From Antedon mediterranea (lineage: Eukaryota > Animalia > Echinodermata), in NCBI RefSeq assembly GCF_964355755.1, contig NC_092670.1, positions 15,486,795 through 15,550,794 on the forward strand: a stretch of DNA of 64,000 bases. The letters run 5' to 3'. Both the position numbers and the translations under genes were made by a program. Positions 1-12,989 of the stretch are shown one piece after another; the first letter of the stretch is position 1; every line of letters starts with the position of its first letter. The notes beneath the pieces were generated by a model. It did no database searches. It was not told where the DNA came from and saw only the letters and a list, made by a program, of their open reading frames with translations.

Positions 1-347
1 TAGTTAAACCTTTATAATTATTATATTATTATATCTCCACAAACGGAATAATTTTCAGGACATTTCTGGTATTTTTTGCTTAATAAACAATATAATGAAT
101 TGGAAAAATACAGTACCACAGATTCCAATATTTCACATTCAAAAAATGAGTGACTTTTTCTACAAATTGACTCTGAATTTGGTTTTAAAACCTTGTATGT
201 ACCATTCAAAAGCGTTATGAGTTTCTAAGACATACATGTTCACAATTTATTAAAATGGTCAGATACTGAATAAAGTTTAAAACTATAGTGGGCAGATCAT
301 ATTTGATCTATAATATCATTTATTCCATTGTTTATTATACATTTTAG

Positions 348-1359
348 TGAGCAGAAAGAAAAAGAAAAAAAGGCAATAAAGAAAAAAGAAAAACAAAGAA
401 AAAGAGCAGAGAAGGAAGCTATGCTTGAAAAAGAAAGAAGGGACAAAGAAGAAATTGTTACAGCAATGGGATCATTACAGACTGATGATGACAATGATAG
501 CGGTGTAAAGGAAAATGGTAATATGAATGAAAAAGAATGTCAGAAGAATACAAACATTGATAAATCTATCGAAAGATCTGTCAAAAGAGGAAAAAGAAGA
601 AAGGAAAACAAAAATGAAGGAAAATCATCAGACGAAATTAAAAGTAAGTGTACTGAAGAGGAAAAAATTTATGAGAAACAGGAAAGAAATGAAAAGCAGC
701 AAACACCTGATGAAAAGAATGATAGAAATAATAATGATTTAAAGACAATAAACAACTCTGGACAAAATGATATTTCAATCAATGATGACGATGTCAATAG
801 CACAGCAGAACAAAATATAAAGGTATCAAGACGTTTTTCTGATAAAACTGATAGTGAAAATGATACAAATACCCAAAAGTCGAGCAGCATAGTTGGAACA
901 AAAAGTAGAGACAGTAAAACAGAAAGGAGTGACAATGAACCAGAAAGGAGAGAAAGTAAAACAAAAAAGAATGACAGTGAATCAGAAAGAAAAGACCGTA
1001 AAACAGAAAGGAGAGACAGTAAAACAGAAAAAAGTGACAATGAACCAGAAAGGAGAGAAAGTAAAACAAAAAGGAGAGACAGTAAAATAGAAAGAAGAGA
1101 CAGTAAAACAGAAAAGAGTGATAGTGAACTAGAAAGGAGAGAAAGTAAAACAAAAAAGAACGACAGTGAACCAGAAAGAAAAGGCCGTAAAACAGAATGG
1201 AGAGACAGTAAAACAAAAAAGAGAGGCAATGAACCAGAAAGGAGAGAAAGTGAACCAGAAAGAATTGACAGAGAACTGGAAAGGAGAGAAAGTAAAACAA
1301 GTGTTAGAACAGTTGAGTATGTGAGAACAGAAAGTCTGGTATCTTTGCCAAGATCATAA
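348..1359 (+). CDS. Terminal coding exon of an unidentified gene starting left of the window; charged, low-complexity C-terminus with 7-aa repeats
   Basis: ORF 328..1359 entered at acceptor ATTTTAG|348; K/E-rich coil then ERRESKT/ERRDSKT/EKSDNEP repeats; TAA 1357-1359. A phase-compatible upstream exon may be 59-149 (HFWYFLLNKQY..., weak donor GTGACT). Confidence 0.65.
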
Positions 1360-3729
1360 ACTAAGTTCCTTTGGCAAATCTTTTAGCAGACAGCAATTCT
1401 AAACTTTGGTTCTAATTTGTAATACTTTTAGTATCATGTTTAGTTTTTTTCAAAAAGGGTATTTGTTAGATACTTATTTTTTAAAGGTAAGCTGGTAAAG
1501 ACAAGTAGTATTATTTTACTGAAGAAAAAGTAATTCTCAAAATGTCTATCATTACCATGAGGTATTTAAATATAGATAAAATTTTTTTTAAATCTTGTAA
1601 AATATAGACTTTTATAGAATTATGAGAATTAATTTTAAAATGTATTCATCTCACTTTAAAATTATGGTAAAATTTGGTTCAAGTTAAGAAGACTAAATAG
1701 CCGCACTTATTCTTGGTTCTCACTAGAGATACAGTTGACCAATTACAAGTGATAAATTATTTAAACTGTCACTTGTGATTGGTCAGCTCACTTGCGTTGC
1801 ATCTATGTCCTTGTATTGCTTTTACATCCTTGCATTCCATCTCTTGTTATATGCACAGTGTAAATTGTTAACATTGTATCAAAGTTTATTTTGTATCTAA
1901 CTTATGTATATTAAAACATGATTAAATAATGTTGAAGATTTGTGAAAATATTCTATGTGTTTCAATTAAAAATACTATTTTTAGTAATTCTCCAAGAATA
2001 TATGAAGTCATTTTGATAACCTGATATTTGACTTACTACTTTTGCAAATTGTAAAACGTTCAAAGTTCATCCAAAAGTAATAAATATGTAAATAATGCCT
2101 TAAAATATTGATGATGAACTTTATGATGTTTACTCTTTATAAAGTGTATGCCAAATAAAAACAAAGTATATAATTGGAACAAATGATGGCTGATGAAGTA
2201 GATGCATGCTGTATTTATCTTATGACACTTCAGAATTATGCGTTTAAATAATGATACCACTAGTTATTAATTAGTTCAACTATTTATATTCTGTTTGTTC
2301 AAATGCAATACAAATTAGACTTTCTTTAAGAGACATGTTCAGAATTTAAAGTTAGTCACGTACTGTAGAATATACAACCATCACAGAAGATATTATTTAT
2401 AGCAACTTGAGCAGCCTTCCAAGTTTTACCAATTTAGTGTGCAAGTCCATGATGCATTTTTAATTTATTTTATCAATTTTTGTTTTCTTTTTATAGTAAC
2501 TAGGATACCTGGTGCATCAGTCCGGGATGACCAAGGATTCAAAAGGATAATAATTAATTAGAAATTAATATTAGAAAAGTGTGCACGCATCAATTTGGTT
2601 TATATAAACATTCAAGCAAATTAAAATAATAGGTTGCCAGGGAAATATCTATTTTTAGTGCTTTACACAACAAAACATGGTTTAGATCAATTTATTGATA
2701 AACCTCACAGAGTGCAATAACAATCATTTATATGATGATGTATTCATTTGTAGTATTTTTATGGAGTATTTATTTTTATATTTTGTGTACAATATCTGAT
2801 ATTATGTTTTAATATTAATCCTATCTTCTGCTATAGAAACAAATATCATTAATTATCATTGATCTATCTACACTAATAAGGTAGACTAGTTAAATGGATT
2901 TAAACAGAGATGGTTAAAAAGGTGGGAAATATGTGAAAATATAACTGGACCTTTTTTCGCTTGAGGTCCTTGCTCACTTACGCCAGCAGTCACTTTATCA
3001 TTGTTATCAGAACACAAGCAAAAAAGGACTAAAACCACTACAAATAGATTTCAATTACATTCGACACAGTTTTATTTAAAATGACTGTATACAATTTACA
3101 ATGTATATTCTGAGCAAACTCTATCTACACAAATGTACAGTAAGGATCTGGCGGTTCGAAGGGATAAAATACCTTAACCCCTCCCATCCCAACTCCCTCC
3201 TCCGCAAAGCATGAATGTTTCAAAACCTCTAAAAAGAGATTACTGAAATAATTAAATTAAAACAGTGCAAATAAATTAACAATAACATAGCGCACATTTC
3301 TATGATAAGCTCATATTAAGTTGCACTTCACATGCCGTCATAACATTGGTTAAAATAAATGTTTAATTGTTTTTTAAATTAAGAAAATATTCTCGAGAAA
3401 CATAATATAACAGACTCTCAGGGACAGTCAAAAAAGAAGAACAAGACCATTTTTTTGTGCGGTCAACAAAAATTATGCAAAAAATACTGCAGATTTGGAT
3501 CATGGTGGCAAATTGTTATAATTCTTATAACACTATTTCACATTTAATATACAGTATAAATACATAATTTTATATAAAATTTGTATTTTAATAAATCAAG
3601 GTATCTTATCAAGGTAATCAGTACTTATATCTATGGTCAATCGTGAGACAGTATATTTTATATATATATAATAAATACTCTCAAAACTTTCTTAATCACA
3701 GAATTTTTTTCTTTAACATACTTGACTAA

Positions 3730-6700
3730 TTACTTGTGTTCTACTACTTCCCACAAGTTTGACAGTGTAAATCCATCTTTAAGTTTTTCAATTGCTAGGC
3801 CTAGCTCTTCTGAGAACACAGGTGGACGGTCCTTCTGCTTGTTGCCATCTGCAAAGTAGGCCTGTAATGAAAAATAAGCTATGCCTTGAATTTAAAATCT
3901 TATTAAACACTATCGACTAATTCTGGTGGAAACTGGTGCTGATCTGATGCCCAACAGTCACAATGGAAGTTGGTAAGCCCATATTGATGATAAATGAGAC
4001 TTGTAGTGTGAACTGGTCCTTACAATAAGCCCATTGTCCAAAAGGAAGATAGTTGGTTTTTTCTATATAGTTTATTCTGAGCTAAATTACTAAACGACCA
4101 AGTCTTTTACAAAAAACTCACTGCAAATGCATCTGACGGCTCATCATCTTCCACAATATCAACATCATCTGGTAGATTCTCAATCACAAGTTCTTCTATG
4201 TTGCCTGGATTGTCCCCGTGTTCGAATTCAACCCCAAATATTGGGCTGGTGCTGTACACCCTGTGAAGGCTCTGTATTTCTTTCACTACCTCATGAAGCT
4301 TTTCAACCGGGTCCACTCGGAAGCCTAGCACGAAGCCACCACTCTGTAGAGAAACATGTCAAATGTATATATTTATTTTACTATATAATACAAAAATAGA
4401 TGCAGCAGCCGAGTAGTTAGGACACTTATCACATACTGTAGAAGGCCAGGGTTGAATTCCTGATAAGAAAAAAAAATGAGTACCTGGTTAAAAAATACTA
4501 GGGAGGATAAGGCAGTGTGGAAACTACCACATAATGTTGACAACAGCACATTCCCCTAAGTTCAGAAAGAATACTTGGCTTTTTTATATAAGAAACTTTA
4601 TAGTAATAATATATAGATTGCTAACCTGAAGAGAGCTTTCAAGAACCAGTGCCATGCCAAATTTTGAATCTCGAACCTTAATCGATCGCTATAAAACAAC
4701 AATTCAATACGATTAATATAGAATTATATCATAACAAAGTCCATCTCAGCTTAAATGTTATTTGCATTTACATATGGTATTTATACAGTTGTAAATTGCA
4801 TTGTCATAAACATATGTAAATCTACAAGAACAGAAAAAATTCTATCCATTATATTATTATACAGTACAATGAATATGTTGACAAGAATAAGAATCACTTA
4901 CTATTTGTAGATAAGGCACACTGATATTAAAGTTTTCATTCATGTTGGCAAACCAAACCAGTCTGACATTTGTGATAAAGAACGTCCCTAAGTTACCCTG
5001 AAATAAAAGAATTTAAAAGCATTAGTGAATTTTGTAAAGACATCATAGATTCACATTGTAGGTGCTGACATTACATGCTGACATAAGAGCATTTTTGTAG
5101 GGAGGATGTTCTTTCAAACCCTATGAACCCACCTAGCTATGGGCTTTCTTAAATTATCAACAACCTAGATCTCTGGCTTTAAATTTCATGTGTACCTGAT
5201 CACTAGACAGATTCCAAGCTCCATCTACTTTATTATAAACTTGCTCCAAGGGTAAAAGCCGTAAACTTTTGTTCTGAACAATAGCAGCACGTAGCTTCAG
5301 ATCTCGGTACATCTTTGTGGTTTCATAGGCCCTGTTAAAATAAATATGTTTGTTTTTATATATTGGGAAAAATTTCCAAGGATAACCATAAGCAATTCAT
5401 TCACTATCCTTCTTAAAGGTGGCAATCATGTTCACAAGAGAAACATATATGCACAAGATGCACATATATGCACAAGATGCTCTACAAAAACAAAGTATTA
5501 ATAAGTCTCTTAGGGAGAAAAAAAAACCATGGCATCTGACAGGATTAGAACTCAGTGCCCTGGGATCGGTAGTCTAGAAACTTCACAGTATATTTAATGA
5601 CAATGACAGATCTAAAAGACAACACTAGTATACAGTATTTATATATAGCCTCCATGAGATTCTCCTGTCCTTTCATCATTAACAAACAGAGAATACTAGA
5701 AAGAACCATACAAAATTGTACTTTAATGTAAGGGACTAAAAACTTACTTTTGTACGGCCATGACAGTGGTGAAGAGTCTTGGACTTCCAGGAACAAGATT
5801 TGTAAAAATGAATTCAAATCGGGTGTTATTGCACTTGGTAAGAATGTACAGGGCATCAGTTGGGCCACGCAATTTCTGTAAAATCAAAAACAACAAATAT
5901 TTATTGAACTTGTGGGCTTGTATATATCATAAATGTGACCAATTTTCAGGTTATTATTTATGCAAACAATTATTTGTCAACAAAAATACAATAATGACTA
6001 TACAATACACACTTACAGAACTTCCTGTCCTGACTTGGATGTTAAGAACACAAGTAAAACCGATAGCTATAAATAAGATAAGAAAGAAGTTGAATTACTT
6101 AAATTATTTTCAAAATTTTACAATATCTTTTACAGCAATCTGGCCATGAGAAACATGCCAGCATGCTTACTAAACCGACACATAAAACTTTTTCTGTCTG
6201 TCTCTGTGTATTTATTTCTTCCTTCTGTACTTATTTCACTAAGGAGCATGACATATCTAAACTCAACTCTATTGTGTGGAATTTAACACTGTATTGCAGT
6301 AAACATAGGAAGTGACTATTGGTACGGTCGATTATGCTTATACTAGCTTCATCCATAAACTTACATAAATTTACTCTTGGCATCGAGGTGGAATGCCACA
6401 CGATTCTTAGATTTGTAACAAACAATCTTCCTAAAAACCAGACAAAAAAATTGACATTAATTGTTTTATAGTTACATAATAATGTTCAGCAATACACACT
6501 TGTTGTACGTATATAAAATTGGATTTAAAATCATAAAACTGGATTGCCAAATTTTGTTCTCACCCCTTTCCCCATTGTTTCCCTTTGTATCTTCAATGGA
6601 GTCCAACAAATCAATCACCTTCTCCCCTCGCCTCATACACATATCCCTGCATGAGAAAGAAATCATTAGATTATAAGTAATCTCTGTCTACACTATCAAA

Positions 6701-6984
6701 CTTTATGTGACAAAAAAATGTGATGTCATCACATCACACCTTTTTGTCAAACTAGTTTGATAGTGTATACAGAGATTAAAAGTGACACATTTTTTTTTTA
6801 ATTGAAAAAATTGAAACAGACAAACTACTGTTTAAATAATGTTACATTTACAGTATGCTTAGAGATGAAAAAATACTCACTGAACATTAATATCAAAGCG
6901 AACATCTCGGTCTTCCCACAACACATCAAATACGTTTGGTTGTGCTTGCTGTTGTGGTTGTGACTGCGGCTGTGACGACGACAT
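3730..6984 (-). CDS. BBS5: Bardet-Biedl syndrome 5 protein (BBSome subunit), 10 coding exons, 359 aa
   Basis: Exons 6881-6984, 6564-6646, 6365-6430, 6017-6066, 5748-5875, 5196-5331, 4902-4997, 4626-4688, 4122-4343, 3730-3861; all GT-AG, 1080 nt in frame. [57 protein letters not shown] and [33 protein letters not shown] match human BBS5 as recalled. Confidence 0.97.
4402..4530 (+). mobile_element. Degenerate tRNA-derived SINE-like fragment in a BBS5 intron
   Basis: A-box-like GCCGAGTAGTTAGG and B-box-like GGTTGAATTCC, followed by AATGAGTACCTGG...CTAGGGAGGATAAGGCAG, which resembles invertebrate SINE cores. Confidence 0.4.
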
Positions 6985-8402
6985 GTTTATTATTATAAAC
7001 TCTTCATCAATAAACTTTTTATAAAAAACAAAGAAAATAATTTGGAATGCATTGTATTTCACTTATGTTGTGTGGCAAGTTATTTTTATTAATACAATTT
7101 TAAAATGGACCTCTAGCAGAACATTCTATGTTTCCATGTGAAAATGGTTTTGCAGTGATTGTGTTTTCTTTATTTTGATCGCAATAAAATCAACTTCCGG
7201 TATTTTGTGTAGGAGCTCCATATAGCACTAGCCGAAGATACACTTTTCATCATATCGCAGATCATCTTTAATGACCATAGTTTTATCGACTTTTTAGCAG
7301 TTTTGTATGACCACGACACTGCGTACAAATATTTATTTTCTCGCGACTAAAAAATGAGATGTGACAAATTTAAAAAGTGACCAATAATCATAACTTTTCT
7401 TTTTTGTATTGAAAATTTCATAAAGTATACTAGGCCTACTATGGTACAGTAGAGTAAGCCTAGACACTAAAAATGGCAATAAAGTACCACTGGAAAGGCC
7501 AGTGGGTCTGTCTGTCAGTGTCTCCAACCCAGAGCCACAATATGAATGCCACTGAGTCTAGCGAGTCGCCGTAGCCTAGTCAATTCACTCAGATTATATC
7601 TATAAAACAATTACACTACATTCACTATCTATAATAACGGATTTATTCGTAACTGTTGTTTAAGCTACTTATATTATATTAACTGATTATTACCAAGTTT
7701 TTCTGGAATATCACAAATAGAACGAGCAGCAGCTAAGCCTAGCAGGAACAAACAACAAAATACAGAAAAATGTTATTCTTTACACTCAGACTACTGAGGG
7801 CGCTTGTCCATTAAAAATTGTCGCTTAGCAAAATGACGCTAAAAAAAGTAAGTGAAAGTTATACTTTAATTTAATTGAAATACCCTTTTATAACAGGCAA
7901 ATGTCAGCGTAAATTATTACATGTTTTAATGTGTAGATGGCTAAACCAGGCCTCTATCTAGGCCTGTTTATAATTCATTTATATTAATATAATTGATACT
8001 TCCTAGGCTAGGCCTAGGCTTGCCCTAGGCCCTAGCAGGGAGTTGTAAAAACTCCCTGGCCCTAGGCCTAGTAGGCCCTAGCCCTAATTTTAGTAGTGGC
8101 AGTAGAGTGTAGGCTAGCCGGGGGGCGAGAGGCTATGGCAGCCATACCCTCTGATCTACTAGGCCTAAGGCCATCCTGTTTCCCAAGTGTCTAGGCTAGG
8201 TAGGTGGAGAGACAGATATACTGCAACAACATCTGTTTATGAATCGGTCTTGTTTTACTTTTGCCGGTCGCAGCATTTTTTCTGGTGTTTTGTATATTAT
8301 TTTAAATATTAATTATTAATTATGCACACCGCTAATAAATATAATTTTGATAATCATCATGATTGCTTCAATTTCAGCTGATCTAAAAAAGTAAGGAGAG
8401 GA
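6985..8402. promoter_or_regulatory. Divergent promoter region BBS5/ZSWIM2
   Basis: Head-to-head ATGs at 6984 (-) and 8403 (+); X-box-like GTTTCCATGTGAAA (7130) and GTCGCTTAGCAAA (7820); ETS-like ACTTCCGG (~7193); GAGGGCGC (7796); probable ZSWIM2 5'UTR intron GTAAGT 7848 to CAG 8377. Confidence 0.6.
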
Positions 8403-11400
8403 ATGTCACGAAGTGTTCCATGGCGGAGAACTGTCAGTGATGCTGTATCATGGCGTCAAGACCAAGCACAGAATGCCACCATATACATCTTACGGGAAAT
8501 GGGACCGACAGGATTCCTGTTGAAAGAGGAGGGTGAAGTTAAGAAGTTTAAAGTAAGGAATGTTAAGATTTCGTAGTGTAGTGCCTAGCATAATCAAGCA
8601 TAGATTTATATTACTTTTAATATTCATTTTCAGGTTTTTCTTGGAGATCCGAATAAATGTACATGTCCTGTGTTCAGCAAAGAAAGGGACTTATGCAAGC
8701 ACATTTGCTGGTAAGTCTGTTTGGAAGATTTGACATATATTGTTGTACAGTGTGTACTGTATTATGATAATTAAATTATTTAATGGGTGACCAGAGACCT
8801 TTATAAAGTATTATAAGTTTAGTTGTGGGGTCTCTGTTTTTTAGAAATCTTTAAAATAAAGACCCCTGAAAAAACAAAACAATTATTGACAAATTTTAGT
8901 TTGAGATTTTGCAATAATAACAATATTATGGCTTTCAATATGTTCAAATGTTTAATTTCTAATTTTATTTTTCTAGGGTATTACTTAAAAAGTTCAGAAT
9001 TCCAAGACAGAATCCATGTGAGTTTTATTCTCTTTCATTTATTTTATTTTTATTTTTCTTTACTAGAGTTTGTTTTCAGATTAATAAAACAATTATAAAA
9101 TAAAATGATAATACATGGTGAGATTTAATTGCATTTTGATTCTGTTTTGAAGTAACTTTTCAAATTGGACTCGTTGAACGTGAGATAAATGAGATACTAC
9201 GAGGTCAGACACAACATGAAGAGGTCAAAAGGCACATTACACGTAAACCTGTGTCTGGACCTAAGGACCCTTATGCAGTCGGAAAAGACCAACTGGAACA
9301 GCGACCAATCACAGAAGATGATGTGTGTCCAATTTGTCAGGATGAGTTGCTTGGGAAACATGAACCAGTGACGTATTGCCGGTACATAATGCTTTTCTAT
9401 TTATAGTTCCTACTTTCTTAAAACAGAATTTAAGAACTAACAACAGCATTGCAATATACCTGGCTATCTTAGGGAACTAAGCCTAGTCCACACACTAGAG
9501 AGTTTTTACAGTTTACTAATTTAAACCAATGTTGACAACATTGGACAAACTGAAGAAAACAAGTTTGCAGAAGTCTACACTAGAGCAAACAAACTAAGCC
9601 TTTGGATAGTTCTCCACCATGTTTAAAAGAAATATAGTATGAAATTTAGAGCATGTCTATTATCTAATTACCACCTTTCTTTACCTTATTTTTTAATTTT
9701 TTCCCCACAGGTTTGGGTGTGCAAAGAGTGTACATATCAAGTGTATGAAGGTTTGGGCTGAGCATCAAAGGTCAACTGGTGAGGAGGTCATCAAATGCCC
9801 TCTTTGTCGTGAACACTTTGGTCCGATTGATGCGATTCAAACAGAATATCGGAATTCTTCCATCAGAAAAACAAGAGCAGAGCGGCTTGACTTACATCTT
9901 GGTTCTACCTGTAAAAAGTGCGGCGTAGCACCAATTGCTGGAAAGTGTTACAAGTAAGTAAACAGGCAACGAGTTGTCTCACGGGAGAAAATTTCTGTAT
10001 AAACATGAATCCTTAAGCCTTGTCTACACTATCAAACTTTATGTGACAAAAAAATGTGACGTGCCCATATATGGACATGATGATGTCATATCACTACCAT
10101 ATTTAAGCATATCACTACTATATTTGGGCACATAGTGTAGACAGAGCATTAGTTTTGTATAGACTGTAACTGTGACATTGTTTTTACAGGTGTTCTGTAT
10201 GTGCTGAATATTATCTTTGCCATGCATGTTTCTTAACTCCAACACACAAAGATCATTCATTTCAATTCAGACAAGTGAGTGAATTCAATTATTCAAATGG
10301 TCTATGAAGTCCATTAAGATTTAAATAATACATATTAAGATTGAAATAGCCCATATTATATTGGGATTGAAATAGTCCATATTAAGATTAAAACAATCAT
10401 TTTTAGAGTTTGTCAACATTTCTTTCATTTAGAAACCCAGTCAAAGATGGCGGCCTGCTCCAAGATGTTCAGACACAGTATTACCTAATGCCGTCATTGG
10501 TGACATGGAGGGTAGAGAGCTAACTGACAACGATTATGAGACATTACTACAACTAGACAGGTAAAGATACATGCATCCATTCAAGTTTTCAATTAAGTTG
10601 TTTCGTCAGATCTGTTTTACTGTTTTCATCCAGCATCAGTTTTGATAGTTACACTCTAAAAAGCTAGTAAACGTTAAACCACTTTTTAAACTAGTTAAAC
10701 TTTAATTGAGTTAAGCTATTTATCTTGATACTAGTTAAGCCAGTTACACTTTAAACTAGTTCTAGTTTAACTTTATTCACTGTTAAACTGTTTTACTAGT
10801 TAAAAATTCAGTGTTATTTTTTTATAGTGAGGCTTCACAGGCTCCAAGCTCAGTGCCAGAATCGTTCATTAAGTCCCTACCTTCAGAGAAAGTTCGTCAA
10901 GGAAGTAGCCTACTGGTTCCAGGCTCTCAATGCAGGGTCTGTCTGAGAGCGTATGCTGTTGGAGAAAAAGTTCGCAGGTTACCATGTCAGCATAAGGTTA
11001 GATAAATTTCATCTAAGAGAGGAAAGCACATACCTGAATTATTGAATTGTTCTTGTAATAGTAATATTTCGTTCCACAGTTTCATGCATTGTGCATCGAC
11101 CCTTGGCTACTACACCAGCGAGCCACTTGCCCGATTGATGGGGCGACTGTTTACAATCCCCTTATGGAAGCATTGGCAAGAGATGAACGAAGAAAGAAAA
11201 ATATAAAACAGAAAAAGATTGATTCTAAAAATAGTCAAACGGCGCTAGGCTGGGGAAGGAGAGATGAACAGGTTGACGGCCTAGAGGGTCTGGTCTCCAC
11301 GTTTGCTCTGACAGGCAGTGGTATTGTGTCTTCTAACAGGTATGAAGTTCTAATAATACAATATACTGGTATTTTTTTTATGCCAGTTTCAAATGTATTT

Positions 11401-12601
11401 GCGTCATTTTTATTATGGACAATAAAGAACATCAGTATCAGTACTGTTCTAATTTACTTCATATTTTAATATAGAACATTACCTGTATCAAACGGCATGA
11501 CACAAAGGAATATCAGAACAAAGAAAACATCACCAGCAAGGTGGAGATCTAATGACCAGAGAGGTGACACATTGTCTTCAGCAATTAGTAGTAGTCCTCT
11601 AGGAATTTCTACATTACAAGTGTCCCACCATGATAGCAATCTGAAAAGACTAAACAGAGATCCACAGCATGATGCTGGTGCGATTGATATGGTACAATTA
11701 GTCAATGGACACGCTGAGGAAGATGACACAGATTATGGAAATGGTGCTTTACATAGAAATAGTAGAAACCTTCCAGTACATGGTTCTAATTCCACAACAG
11801 ATAGGGAGCTCTTCCATACTACAGTAGAGACTTTTCAATTTGACACCACCATTTCGCATAATTGTCAAAGGGTTTCAAATTGGCAGCAAAGACCTCCACG
11901 GCCTCCTGGCTCAAGAAATACAGTAAAGCCACAGGCTCCGTCCATTCCTCTTCTCAGGCAGGCTGCCATGACTCCAGTCGGTAACCGGTTGAGCAGTGGT
12001 GCCATGTCAGCACCTCATCACAGACAGGTACATTCTGATGATAACAGTCCCAGTAATAGTGATACAGAACGAGGAAGGGGAAGAATGAAAGGGAGGTTGA
12101 TGCAGAGAAGAACCAGAAGTTCAAGCTTAGGGAGGAGAAGAGGGTCTATTGAGCATTTACATCCTGCAGCTGTTGATAAACAAGAGGTACAGTATATGTT
12201 CTGTTTTTTCTGTCTTAAAATATATGGTAAAATAAACAATTTGTGGGCTGTAATAAGTCTGCTCCTTGTGGAGTTCCTCATTATGGCTAGCTAACTTAAC
12301 ATCAAATGTAGACCCAAAGACTGTTACCCTACACACAATTCTGAACATCTAATCTCAAATTGTACAATATTATTTACCTTTTCTTTTGTAGATGTTTGAA
12401 AATATGTTTCTTGGATCAGCAACAGGAAGGACTTTAGTAGGAAGGCGAGACTCTAGGACTAGGCCAACAAAACCGACAGGCCATAGGTTACGTGATGGAG
12501 AACCTGCAGGAGTAAACAGTGCAATTACTGGCTTTATTGATATGGATATTGCTTTAACAGGTCAAGGAGTTGGGAGCCTACAATTACAAGATAAAGATTA
12601 G
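8403..12601 (+). CDS. ZSWIM2: ZSWIM2/MEX E3 ubiquitin ligase (SWIM, RING, ZZ, RING-H2), 11 coding exons, 767 aa
   Basis: Exons 8403-8552, 8634-8710, 8977-9017, 9153-9381, 9711-9953, 10190-10274, 10433-10560, 10828-10996, 11080-11339, 11475-12186, 12392-12601; 2304 nt in frame. SWRQDQA..IYILREMGPTGFLL, CTC..LCKHICWVLLKKF (SWIM), CPICQDE..HIKCMKVWA..CPLCR (RING), CKKC..CSVC..LCHAC (ZZ), CRVCL..LPCQHKFHALCIDPWL..CPID. Confidence 0.93.
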
Positions 12602-12887
12602 ATTTGCGTTATGGTAGATCAGATAAATAAATGTTCAACAGAAATGCTTGTCTGATTGATTGCTGCCTACAAAATAAAAAGATAATTTTAATGGAACTAT
12701 TGCACCAAAGAGGATAGTGTGTCAAAGAATTGAAAAGGCAGAAATAATGGTCTTACTGTGTGATGGAGAAACAGCAGGATCACACATTTGAGTATCTATA
12801 CAATGTGAATTGAAGAACAATTGTCAGGGTATCCTGTACCTAAACCAATCTTTATTAACTCCAGTTCTAGAGGGACCACCTTACCAA

Positions 12888-12989
12888 ATAATGAGTGGAT
12901 TTATTTATAGGTATATCAGCATCACATATGCTCATTGCAGGGCACACCAACATCAAGAAAGGTCATAACCAGGGAGTCTGTATAATTAC
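12888..12989 (-). pseudogene. Decayed duplicate of the 5' half of PSME3 exon 6 plus its splice acceptor
   Basis: 12926-12989 aligns with few mismatches to 16236-16299; weaker similarity extends to 12888/16200; frameshift and TGA after ...VPCNEHM. Confidence 0.85.

Noticed and set aside
669-1300. Hydrophobic minus-strand ORFs (LLSLL and FLFYCL repeats)
   Set aside because: Antisense shadow of the purine-rich coding repeat on the plus strand.
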